A DNA stretch of 63,361 nt, the filler included, from Salisapilia sapeloensis CBS 127946 (lineage: Eukaryota; Protista; Oomycota): the NCBI GenBank assembly GCA_023334545.1. It is 10 parts of 10 records of this genome, joined end to end, with 100 filler letters (N's around TTAATTAATTAA, not from the genome) between each part and the next. Parts side by side here need not be neighbours in the genome. Positions count along the whole stretch, not along the records: positions 1 to 19,575 come from JAADVB010000308.1; positions 19,676 to 25,276 come from JAADVB010000603.1; 8 more parts are not named here. One strand, written 5' to 3'. The stretch's first letter is position 1, and every line of letters starts with the position of its first letter. The notes below the pieces were generated by a model that had not been told where the DNA came from, made no database searches, and worked only from the letters and a program-made list of their open reading frames with translations. Of this stretch, positions 11,934-22,433 are shown piece by piece. Position numbers and translations under genes: made by a program.

Positions 11934-14900
11934 CTATGCTGCTTCACGTACTTCTGCCACGTCCTCTGCACGACAGCGTGTAGTAAAGTTTGGTTCGATG
12001 TTCTGGAAGTCACTTTGCTCAAGAAGCCACTCGACAATCTCCACATACCCCAGATATGACGCGAATATTACGGCTGAGCACTCTCTGCCTTCCCACTCTT
12101 GTGACAGATGATCTTCACGCACTCGAAGGGCCATGGTATCGCTCAAGCTGAATCCTTCCGATAAAATCTGTTTCACCCAGTCGACGAGTTTGTTCATGTC
12201 GCCGGTTGATCTTTGAACAGCAAAATGGAGTGGGTGCGCTCGAAAGTCCTTTTTGCTCACCTCGGCCAAATCCACAAAAGTTGGTTTCGTACTTATCACA
12301 GATGATGCCGAGCCCTTGTCGATGATATGCCTGTCTTTCTTCTCTTTCTGTTGCTTCTGAACCATCTTGGCAACATCCCACATACCAAGTCGCTTTGCTT
12401 TCACACTGAGTCTCGCTCCTCCTTGATTGGTCTTGTTGTTTTCTAGTGACTCGTTTTCCTTTCTGAAAGAATCATTTTCGTTTAAGCAGCTAATATCATC
12501 GATGGCTTTATCCATGGCATGGAATTTTTCATCTAGTGTATCCGATTGGAGCGAGTTTGCGTTCTTAACACACGAAGTAGTCTCGCCAGTATCTTTCATA
12601 GTAGACTCGCCCTTATTTCCATTCTCTAGTCTTGCCTTTGCTTCTTCTAGCTTGGCTACAAACTCATCTGGCGAAATATGAGCTTTTCCTAACACGTGCT
12701 TCATCCCTACATTAATCACTATCTCGTTAACGACGTCCTCCGAAGTCTCTGTGATGGCATCGAGTACAAGTCCCGGATCATTCATGAACACCACAGTCTC
12801 CAAGAGATCTTTGATGGCAGCGCCACCAAAGAGAGCGAGGGATGCACAGGTGAGCGAGATGGCCAGACGGATCTTTTCGTTCCCCTCTTCTTGCTGTTCT
12901 TTTACTCTAAGCGCTGTCACCAACGCATTAAAGTTGCTTCGAAGTGTTTTGAAACCCTTCTCAGTAGCTGCCTGTCGTTTGTCGAGCATTTGGATGGAAG
13001 CTTTCATGCCTCGCACCCAGTCCGTGTTCTCCGTGTTCACTGTGGTTGCTTCTGATTGATAGTCAAGCTTTTCTTCTTCCGAAAGCAAGTTCCGCTTGCC
13101 CAGTTCTACTATGAGGTTGATGAACAACTTTCGATCGCTCTTTTTGTAGACAAAGCAGCGGCGTGTTGCCATACTCAAACCTTTGTGGATAAACGCCTTT
13201 ATATACTTCGGTCGAAAGTGGGCAACAGCTATATGTATGACTGAGTTGATGTGATGCATGGATGTCGAAGAGAAGAGCATTGAGTCGATCAATTCGTCCC
13301 TCTCCATTGCTGGTACGCCTTGGCTGCCACTGAGTATCTCAAGGTGCTCTACGTAGTGACGCTTCATGATCTCCATGGTCTTTTCGTGGGTTTTGTCTTG
13401 TAGCTCTTCGTTTTCCACTGACATTGGCTCAAGCTGGTGATTGCTGATAGCCATGTAGGGATCAAGTCGATAGCGTATCATGCGCTCCAGTGCATCCAGG
13501 TTTTGCAACTGCACAGCGCGTTGCATCAAGGTCGGCCCATTCTCGTATTTGGCTGCTTGGATCCAACAGATATCGTCAATCCAATTGATGATAGCATCTC
13601 TCTTGTCAGCATTTCTTGTCTTAAATGCAGAATAAAGCATTTCGACTTTATGGTCATGCATGGTTCGGGTGAGTGTACTCCTCCTCTCGAGATCCTCAAG
13701 AGCGTCTGCAGTCTGTCGAAGCTTTTCATAACTGGATATCATCTCACCCACTGACACCCCAACCATCACCTGACAAAAGGTAGGTAACAGCTGACTGTCA
13801 TCGCTTCTTTCGTAGGGATCTAGTCCGTAGAATAGCATGCGCTCTAGTGCATTTCGGTTTTGGAAGGCGACACCTCGCTCGATCAAAGTCGATCCATCCG
13901 AGAATGTAGCTTTCTGGATCCATTTCTTGTCATTAATCCACTCGAAAATGGCATTTCTTTTCCCAGTATCCTCCGTCTCAAATGCAAAGTACACCATTTC
14001 GAGTTTATGGTCGTGTAGGATGCTGGTGAGTGTACGCTTCCATTCCAAAGTCGCCATACCTCTTGTACCTTTCTGAGTCTTGTTGTATCTAGCTTTCATC
14101 TCACTTAGGTCTTTATGAACGATTGTCTGACGTAAGACGCCTAGCACGTGCTCTCGACTTTTACACTTCATGGCTCTTGTAAGACTTGTAAATGGTTTCA
14201 GAAGAGAGATGGTATCCTCTGCGTATGGAGAGTCATCTAGACAGTCCATCGCAGTTCTACCATCGTTATCTATTGCTAGTGGATCTGCTCCCCATTCAGC
14301 CAATACCTTTATAGCCTCTTTTTGTCCTTTCATTGCAGCGTAGTGAAGTGGGGTTCTACTTAAGACATTCCGTGTATTGGGGTCGGCACCATACCTCAGC
14401 AGCAGTTGAATACTCTCCACTTGTCCGTGTTGTGCCGTATAATGAATTGGTGTCCAATTCTCGTCGTTTTGTACATCTGCGTCTGCACCGTGCTTCAACA
14501 ACCATTTAATAGTCTCCATGCGTCCTTGTCGTACAGCGTAGTGAAGTGGCGTCCACTTTCGGGCACTCAGTGCATTTGCGTCCGCACCGTGTTCCAAAAG
14601 TAGTTGTGCGGCTTCCATCCGTCCATTTTTCGTAGCGTAAAGTAGTGGAGTCCAACTATCGCTGGTGAGTGCATTGGGGTTTGCACCATGCTCCAACAGG
14701 AGTTGTGTAGTCTCCACTTGTCCATTTTGTGCAGTAAAGTGAAGTGGTAGTCGATTTTCATCATTTGGAGCATTTGCATCAGCACCATGTTTCAATAACA
14801 GCTGCACAGCCTCTACTTGTCCTCTTTGTGCACCAAAATGAAGCGATGTCCAGTTCTCACTCGTCTGCGCATTTAGGTCTGCACCATTTTCCAGTAGTAG

Positions 14901-15773
14901 TTTGATGGTCTCCATTCGACCGTACTTGGCAGCATAAAGAAGTGGAGTCCAAACGTCGTTAGTCACTGAGTTTGGATCTGCACCATGCTCCAACAGCAGC
15001 TGGGTAGTATCCACTTGTCCATGTTTAGCAGCGTAGTGAAGCGGTGTCCAATTTTCATCATTTTGAATATTTGCGTCTGCACCATTCTCCAACAGCAACT
15101 GGACAGTCTCCACTTGTCCTCTCTGCGCACCGTAATGAAGTGATGTCCACTTTTCGCTCGTCTGGGCATTTAGGTCCGCACCATGCTCCAACAGAAGTCT
15201 AATAGTCTCCGCTCGGCCATATTTGGCAGTATAAAGGAGTGGAGTCCAAACATAGTTATTTCGTGCATTGGGATCTGCACCATGCTCCAACAGCAGCTGG
15301 GTAGTGTCCGTCCGACCATGCTTGGCAGCGTAGTGAAGCGGTGTCCAATTTTCATCATTTTGAGCATTTGCATCTGCACCGTACTTCAATAACAGTCGCA
15401 CAATTTCCACTTGACCTCTTTGTGCACCATAATGAAGTGATGTCCAGTTTCGGGCACTTAGTGTATTGGGGTATGCACCGTGCTCCAGCAACAATTTAAT
15501 AAACTTGGCTTGTCCGCTGTGTGCAGTATAGTGAAGTGGGGATGTATACTTTCTATCCCGTGCATTTGGGTCTGCTTTATTAAGCAATAGCAGCTCGACC
15601 ACGTCAACATGGTCACCTCTCATCGCTACTATCAATGGTAGTACAACCTCAACTTTGCCATAATCCTTGCAATTCACATCACCACCTTTACTAATCATTT
15701 TGCGAACACCCTTTGCATCTCCTGTCTGAGCGTACTCCCACAGTCTCTCGTTTGTACTTTTAGTTGCAGACAT
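11934..15773 (-). CDS. ANK-cluster paralogue D, intact 1279-aa protein: ~15 ANK repeats, two degenerate modules, coiled coil plus hydrophobic helix, C-terminal ANK-like domain
   Basis: Uninterrupted ORF with 33-aa WTPLHYAA..G..E...LLL.HGAD.NA repeats; no signal peptide; ATG at 15773 matches the N-termini of B and C. Confidence 0.92.
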   Translation of the reverse strand: MSATKSTNERLWEYAQTGDAKGVRKMISKGGDVNCKDYGKVEVVLPLIVAMRGDHVDVVELLLLNKADPNARDRKYTSPLHYTAHSGQAKFIKLLLEHGAYPNTLSARNWTSLHYGAQRGQVEIVRLLLKYGADANAQNDENWTPLHYAAKHGRTDTTQLLLEHGADPNARNNYVWTPLLYTAKYGRAETIRLLLEHGADLNAQTSEKWTSLHYGAQRGQVETVQLLLENGADANIQNDENWTPLHYAAKHGQVDTTQLLLEHGADPNSVTNDVWTPLLYAAKYGRMETIKLLLENGADLNAQTSENWTSLHFGAQRGQVEAVQLLLKHGADANAPNDENRLPLHFTAQNGQVETTQLLLEHGANPNALTSDSWTPLLYATKNGRMEAAQLLLEHGADANALSARKWTPLHYAVRQGRMETIKWLLKHGADADVQNDENWTPIHYTAQHGQVESIQLLLRYGADPNTRNVLSRTPLHYAAMKGQKEAIKVLAEWGADPLAIDNDGRTAMDCLDDSPYAEDTISLLKPFTSLTRAMKCKSREHVLGVLRQTIVHKDLSEMKARYNKTQKGTRGMATLEWKRTLTSILHDHKLEMVYFAFETEDTGKRNAIFEWINDKKWIQKATFSDGSTLIERGVAFQNRNALERMLFYGLDPYERSDDSQLLPTFCQVMVGVSVGEMISSYEKLRQTADALEDLERRSTLTRTMHDHKVEMLYSAFKTRNADKRDAIINWIDDICWIQAAKYENGPTLMQRAVQLQNLDALERMIRYRLDPYMAISNHQLEPMSVENEELQDKTHEKTMEIMKRHYVEHLEILSGSQGVPAMERDELIDSMLFSSTSMHHINSVIHIAVAHFRPKYIKAFIHKGLSMATRRCFVYKKSDRKLFINLIVELGKRNLLSEEEKLDYQSEATTVNTENTDWVRGMKASIQMLDKRQAATEKGFKTLRSNFNALVTALRVKEQQEEGNEKIRLAISLTCASLALFGGAAIKDLLETVVFMNDPGLVLDAITETSEDVVNEIVINVGMKHVLGKAHISPDEFVAKLEEAKARLENGNKGESTMKDTGETTSCVKNANSLQSDTLDEKFHAMDKAIDDISCLNENDSFRKENESLENNKTNQGGARLSVKAKRLGMWDVAKMVQKQQKEKKDRHIIDKGSASSVISTKPTFVDLAEVSKKDFRAHPLHFAVQRSTGDMNKLVDWVKQILSEGFSLSDTMALRVREDHLSQEWEGRECSAVIFASYLGYVEIVEWLLEQSDFQNIEPNFTTRCRAEDVAEVREAA
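14259..15446 (-). repeat. Twelve 99-bp ankyrin-coding repeats with a 297-bp higher-order period
   Basis: WTSLH codon landmarks at 15446, 15149 and 14852, exactly 297 nt apart. Confidence 0.95.
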
Positions 15774-15830
15774 TAACAATTTTGTGATAGGACTCGATGC
15801 TGCGTCGAACGGAAGCCTGGGTTTGGAAGG

Positions 15831-15846
15831 TCGAAATGAAAAATGG
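15831..15846 (-). promoter_or_regulatory. INR+FPR-like core promoter of paralogue D
   Basis: Minus strand CCATTTTTCATTTCGA ~60 nt upstream of the ATG at 15773. Confidence 0.45.
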
Positions 15847-16819
15847 CACTATGACCGAATTGAAACCAAGACAAAGAAAGAAGATCGGTCCAACAGATAT
15901 GTCCAGAGAGTATCCATTCTGAACCTATGCACTATAGCAGTACAATCCGACGAAAGTAGCCACTTTAGCTTAATCGAAGCTTTCGATACCAGGGTACAGT
16001 ATTGTTAAGTCAAAGAGCGCTACCACAGTGTTTGTACACGGTCATCATGTTAGCTATTGGCTTTAACTTGATAAAAAGCAGGGCCGTATTTATTCACAAG
16101 GAACTAAGCACGGTCACCATCTCTGATCTGTGTTCTTCCACGACTTGGCCCATCTGAACTCTTCAAAACCCAGCCCACCCTTTCAGTCTAATGGCAACTG
16201 GATCCGCAATCTTCACGTTATTACGTTGTCTGTACTTCTACTCGGTCAAGCTTAGTTCCTTCTATTAAATATGTTCCAATTAATCATTCATTCTTTTTGC
16301 ACAAAAGCTATAGATGATTCTTAAAATCTCTGTAGCAAACACTTCTCGACGTGTTTCACAAGCCTTTATGACAGTAATGGTTGGCTTTGACCGAGGGTAG
16401 AAAGAGATGTAACCTGTATTGAATTTTGGGCTTTTATTTCCATAGATTTTAAGTAGCCGTCACTAGATCTAAGTCATAAGTGTATCTTTCCATCGGACTG
16501 TTCAGTTACAGCAGTGGCGTGCTAAAAAGTAGTGCGACAAAGCAAGGTCTCATTAGTATAGAAAGCACCAAATTGTGGAAGTTCGTAAGGGTTTTATCGT
16601 GATCAGATGCTTCATAAGTTGTCTCTTAGATGCTTGCAGCACGCCTCAGATAAACATTTGGAGGATCGGAATTTCGCCGAAATAGAACGACCTGGTTCTA
16701 TGTCGGGGCTGAAGAGTCGAGTGAATCCAAATCTAGTGAAAGCGGGTTCCATCTACCTTCCAGAGTCCAAAATCGGATAAGTTTGGATTCTTGATATAAA
16801 TGTTCATCCGAAGTGCGGC

Positions 16820-17420
16820 TTCTATACATTCAGGTCTGCTTCTTTCTTCATTTTTCTGAGGAACTAACTATATCTTTTGCAAGAAACGTTTCCTATACTC
16901 GACGCATCTCTCTAAATTATCCTACTTGGTACATCTGTGGAGTCCTGAGACAGAAATGGTTCATTCTCCCTAGAAGATAATGAAGAGTAGAATTTGCTTT
17001 CATCACAAACTTCGATTTAAGTTATATGAACAAAAACCTTCTACGGTTGACGGTCAGGGTATCTTTCCACCGGATAAGGCTGGTACACCAAAGGACGTGA
17101 ATCTAGTTTATGAGCTGATAGGAGGTATCGTCGGTGTAGAACTTGGTAGAAAATCAAAATTTATGCCGGGCTCAGTCTTATGCAGGTCAATCGAATTCGT
17201 ATATGTCGAGGTACGCATCGCTTATTAAAAGATGCATAGACTGGAATCAACTTACTTGACGAGGGCGCACATCCCAGCAACTCTACACATTTTGTATTTG
17301 TCAATATCCTAGTTGGATATAAGCAATTCGTACATATAAAAAATCTTTATGGTGAGCAACCTATATAAAAGAATAGACTAGCATTGGGGGTTTCAGACAT
17401 TTTAATTTCTCAACGCTGTT
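16820..17420 (+). pseudogene. Second copy of the decayed remnant, divergent from paralogue D
   Basis: Homologous to about 5520-6125; ORF 16980-17228 is its open part. Confidence 0.45.
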
Positions 17421-18129
17421 CCGAGGGCTTTTAAAGCAAAAGGAATATACCATTTGCTTGTCAACAGGTATGCATTATGTTTTAGAAGCTACATGCAAAG
17501 ATTTCTGTGTTATGCTCTAGTGCCTACTTGATAAGGATGTAATGTACGCCATCAGCTACTCTTGTCACCTGCAAACAAAATAATCTATGATCGGTTATGA
17601 TAAGGATATGAAGACGTACATACTGTTTAAGAAAAAAATTGATTCACAAAACTGAGAGATATCATTTCTGAGCAGTTTAAACGGTAGCGCAAACTAGAAA
17701 TTGTTTCCATCAATACTTTCATCTCCTGGGCAACTCCGTCACAAAAATACAAAATCTGAGACTCTATTGCATAGCAGTTGTGGTGTCGTAAAGCCAACCT
17801 GCCTAAAGTCTAGCGTTTGCGTCTTAAACTCTTTCTATATGAATGCAGGCGTGGTACTATGTAGATCATATTAGCGCATACCCACTGACGAGCGTCTGCT
17901 TTAGTTGTACTACTATCGTTAAAATTCTAACTATGAGACGGTGCCATATGCGTAATATGACACAGTAAACAGTCTTTTGAATTTGAAGGATTTATGCTAT
18001 CACCGTCTACTTCTGCCACCATTATTTTGAGAGAAGCGAAGAAAAGACCAGTCGGAGTCGACAAGAATAATCCAATGAATCTATGATTGAGCTCTACGCA
18101 GATTAAGTAAAATGATAGACTAATTGCTG

Positions 18130-19575
18130 CTAACGATGTTTAAAGCGCAATGGGATTTTCGAATGGTATTGTTCACACCTGCTACTATGGCTTACTAGAC
18201 TAACTTCACCATCACATGCAATGTACAAGCTATGAATTCGCATAAGGAGCCACTTGGTAATATCCGTGTGCCGCAGGTAGATTGCAATCATTACTGCCGA
18301 GCACTTCATGTCTTCCCACACTTCCAACGAATGATCTTCGCGCTTGAAGGACCATAACAACATTAATGCTGGCACCTTTAAGTACAATCAATTTTCTCAG
18401 CTTATTTAAATCTTTTCTAGTCGCTATTACTGGCATGCACGGCATTTTGGAGTGAATGTGCATGAAAATTATCTAGAATCCTTAGACGAATCATCAGAAT
18501 TAAGCTTAGTAGTTGTCACGGATAGCATGTCGGTCAAAAAACCGATACGCTTGTCTCCGGAAAACGACCTTTTATATCCTATCGCTGGCCTTAATGGACC
18601 TTGAGAACGCCCACCGTACTAGGTCTATTTTCTTTGCATTTTCTTTGCATCATTTTTGTGTCGTTACAATCTGTCTAGTTGCTTTCAAATGGCATGTTGT
18701 TGTGATCTCTAGTGAGTAGGAAGCACAAGTTTTTCTCTTTGTGGATGCAAGATGAATTTCATTTAATCTTATCTCGGAAGCGTAATTCCTACGACGACTT
18801 CTACCCCAAGAAAGATATATCCCAGCATTGACACCACGTCGACCACTCCATTTAGAGCAAAATGTAAGCGAGAAGGACGATGATTACAGAGATCAAAATT
18901 CTGAATGAAAGTTGCGTCTCGTAAAGGTTTTTTTCGACACTTATGTTCTCTTTCTGTTGCTTCTGAATAAATTTGGCAACGTCCACCATAGAAATCCGAT
19001 CCGCTCTGCGAGTGATCTGTGTGTTGTCTTGGCTGCCATTGGTTGCTTCATTCTCGCTAGCGAGATGCTCATCTGCTGCGTCCGACTGAGAAACCCCTGC
19101 ACTTCGATCACGTATAGAAATCTCGTCAGCATCTTCTTGATCGGACCCCTCTTCGTTTTCAGCATCCAGTCTGGCTTTCGTTTCTTCTAACTTGGCGACA
19201 AACTCATCTGGAGAAATATGAGCTTTTTTAGCACATGCTTTACCCCCTCTTTGATCACTATCTCGTTAACAACATCCTCCGACTTGTCAGTAATAGCGTC
19301 GAGTACAAGCCCCGGGTCGTTGACGAAGATCGCAACCTCTAGCAGCTCTTTGATGGCAACACCTCCGAAAAGAGCGAGGGATGCACAAGTGAACGAGATA
19401 GCCAGACTGATCTTTTCGTTCTCAGCGTCCCGCTCATCCTTTTCTTGGAGAGCAGCTACCAAACCGGTATAGCTGCTCTGAAGTGTCTTTAGCCCCTTCT
19501 CCGTACTAGTCAGACGCTCATCGAGCTTTTGGATGGAAGCTTTCATGCCTCGCACCCAGTCCGTGTTCTCCGTGT
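18130..19575 (-). pseudogene. ANK-cluster paralogue E, 3' part, frameshifted; truncated by the contig end
   Basis: 19187-19555 encodes the coiled coil and hydrophobic helix; a 1-nt deletion near 19228 (TAAAAAAGC vs A TAGAAAAAGC) shifts the frame; 18130-18387 holds EDHSLEVWEDMKCSAVM. Confidence 0.85.
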
Positions 19576-19675
19576 NNNNNNNNNNNNNNNNNNNNNNNNN
19601 NNNNNNNNNNNNNNNNNNNTTAATTAATTAANNNNNNNNNNNNNNNNNNNNNNNNNNNNNNNNNNNNNNNNNNNN
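19576..19675. other. Artificial contig spacer N44-TTAATTAATTAA-N44; also at 25277-25376, 42902-43001, 48309-48408, 49869-49968, 53354-53453, 57303-57402, 59044-59143, 62141-62240
   Basis: Identical 100-nt structure nine times; the 12-mer gives stops in all six frames. Confidence 0.99.
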
Positions 19676-20179
19676 CTTGTCGTGCACTTCGCCATAAACC
19701 AACTTGCCGATCGAAAGCAGCATGCTCGTCCTTCTCTTGTGCTGCACGCTCGTCTTGTCCCAGGTCACTTCCACAAGTGTATCTTTCAAGGACCCGACTA
19801 TGGATATCAACGCGACGAGCTCCGCAACTAACGATCTATCATAGTACTGAAATGTATCGAGTACTGAAATCGTCGAAAGTATGATTTATATCGATACCTG
19901 CAAACGTTGGTGCCCAAGTTTCCACAGCACAGAATGTACCATAGAAGAGAATTAAAATAGCTGAGAGTGTTGACTTTATCTCCTATGTCCTAGATTCTTT
20001 CGATGCTTTTATAAACTTCTAGTACCGCTCATCAGTTCTTGCCGGTGGCTTTAGTGTACCAAATATAGAAGCACGAGTCGTTTCTCCTCAAGCATGCCTG
20101 TTCACTTGGTGATTCTTCTTTTGCATAAGTGTATTACAAGACAGTATTGCATCCTTTCGCTTAAGCCTGCGAGACGATA

Positions 20180-21311
20180 ATGCATCGCGCTAAGCCTAAA
20201 GCTCCGCTAAAGGTAGATCGGAATATCTCTCCTCTTATCTTTAGAATCACAAAGGCTGACATCATATCATGCACATTTGTAGGAGATGGAGAAGAAGATT
20301 CCTCAAAACCCACGCTACAAGTCGACGCAGAGCAAAATCGACTCTGGAAACAATGTCAACAAAGTCCGTCTGATCTGTAAGACACCGTTGTCTTTATATG
20401 TAATCTCCATATTCACTTTCTACTCTAGCTCATAAGGAATACTTAAATCGTCGAGACGAAACCTTTCGCCGACTAACACCTAGCTGCTTGGCAGAGCTGC
20501 TTCATGAGTATGAAGAGCAGAGCGGGGGAGGTAACGCCAATTACTCGCAGCCCGAGATGGAAGCGAAGATGGTAAAAAGGAGCGATGGAACTCATGTCAT
20601 GCAACGAGTGCCCGTAGAGGACAATCAAGGTGTGCTCGGCAGCGGAGGGCCTCGCATCGTCAGCTATGATGCAGATGAGAAAGAGGATTACGACCCACCG
20701 TACCTTATTCTAGATCTGCGTAGTGTGGAGGACTTTGCTGCCAATCGTATTTATCGTTCCAAGAGCTACCCCATGTCATACATCAATCGCGACCAACTTC
20801 TTCCTGAGATGCACCGCTATGTACTTAAACAATTCCTTACGTTGGCTTATGCAGATGTCGATACTCATGCTGCTATGTATAGAAAAATAAGGAAGCAAGA
20901 CTTATCATCGTCTATGATTTGGACGACAAGATCGTCGCTCAAGCAGCTCACACACTCGTTCAGCGAGGCTTTGACAACGTATTTGCTTTGTCAGGTGGCA
21001 TCGTGGACTTTGCCGAAGTCTATCCAGAGTATGTCGAGGGCGACAAGAGTAGTATTCCATCAGTAGGTGTGAAGAAGGTTGGGAAGAGTGGCGCGAAAGA
21101 AGTCTATAAGCCGCCTCATGCCACCACCAGATCGGTTGCTGGATCCGTTCGAACATCTGCTACCAACAGGACGTCTGCGTCCAAGGTGCAAGACAAGAAG
21201 CTGACGGATGCTAGCTCGGTCATGAGTTCCTTGTCGGTGGCTGAAACCATTATATCGAAATCGACTGCGAGGAAGAACAAGACAGCGCACACTGCCCTCA
21301 ATTACAGATAA
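20180..21311 (+). CDS. CEP41: Centrosomal protein CEP41-like (rhodanese-like domain), multi-exon
   Basis: Exons give KIPQNPRYKSTQSKIDSG, PYLILDLRSVEDFAANRIYRSKSYP and, after an intron near 20821-20882, LIIVYDLDDKI...RGFDNVFALSGGIVDFAEVYP. Confidence 0.82.
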
Positions 21312-21356
21312 AGCTAGTAGATGCTATGAAAGCTCTTCTTTCTAGTTACTCAAACT

Positions 21357-21794
21357 CTAGAATTGACTCGCAAACTTATTCATCTGCAACGCCATCTTCA
21401 CGTCCTAGGTTTTTGTCAGCATACATGCATTGACTCGATATTGTTCTTCTAGTGATGATACCTTTTGGGAGAGACCTCCGCAGTCATGTGTCGACAGCGT
21501 CACATCCACTCGGTTGTAGACGTTGAACCATTCAGGATGATGGTCCATTTTCTCTGCCAACAATGCCGATCGGTTCATGAAAGCCCATGCTTGGCTAAAG
21601 TCTTTGAATTCAAAGCGACGGAAGATGGCATCACGGCCTTCGACCTGCTGCCATGCTGATGTCAGTTCTTGCATTGCCTGCTGCCGTTCATTGTCTGCAA
21701 GCACAGTCGGTGCATCGCTTTTGAAGCGCACTTTGCGCGGTGCCAAGATAGCTCGACCACGGTTGAGCGTCGTGATGCCTCGCTTGAGTACCAT
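21357..21794 (-). CDS. PCBD: Pterin-4-alpha-carbinolamine dehydratase, probable mitochondrial presequence
   Basis: [14 protein letters not shown]...[32 protein letters not shown], intron, [12 protein letters not shown]. Confidence 0.93.
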
Positions 21795-21950
21795 CCTGCG
21801 AAAATGTTTTTGTTGTAACTTCAAGTAGACGTCCAGTGTGTGCTTTGTGATTGGCTTATATTGCAAAAAGACAGAGTATGATTGGATAAAATACTACCGC
21901 AAGGTTACAACAAGTAGAAAGTGTGGAAAGGAATGTATTGAGATAGAAAT

Positions 21951-22433
21951 CTACTTGCTGCTCTTTGACTTTCGCTTGAAAGCCAAAAGCTGTTTACTAT
22001 ATGTATCTCCGATGGCAGCCGAAACTTTGTGGAGATCCTTGAGGCCACTTCGGAGACACTCGTCGCTTGAGTTGTCTAGCATTGTATATGATGGGTAAGA
22101 TGGGAACATTGGAGAGCGATGACGAGTGTTTGTCGATGTTTGCGAAATGCAGTAGAAAGAATCGGTACCTTGGTGTGTTTGCAGTCGCAGGTGCATCTTA
22201 GGCTCCGTTGGGTGCGGAATCGTATAACCGCAGAACTCGACGTCTGGACTGTGATACAGCGCGTATTAGAATTGGTCAAAACGATAAATGTTAAAATTGC
22301 TAAAGCAGTCTTACTTTCTCATCAAAACGTATCGCAAGGAATTGCCGATCGTGTGGTCTTCATCATGAAACACATACGTCTTGGAGCTCTCAGACGACTC
22401 GGAGTAGATACCCAGCTTGGACGCCATCTCCAT
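21951..22433 (-). CDS. POLR1D: RNA polymerase I/III shared subunit AC19, multi-exon
   Basis: Spliced [46 protein letters not shown]. Confidence 0.9.

Noticed and set aside
14259-15446. Regularly spaced direct repeats resembling a CRISPR array
   Set aside because: In-frame 99-nt ankyrin-coding units with no unique spacers and no cas genes; eukaryotic context
1-19575. Giant-virus endogenous element as the origin of the ANK cluster
   Set aside because: No viral hallmark gene, no PRANC/F-box tail, and host-type INR/FPR promoters; not excluded, but unsupported here
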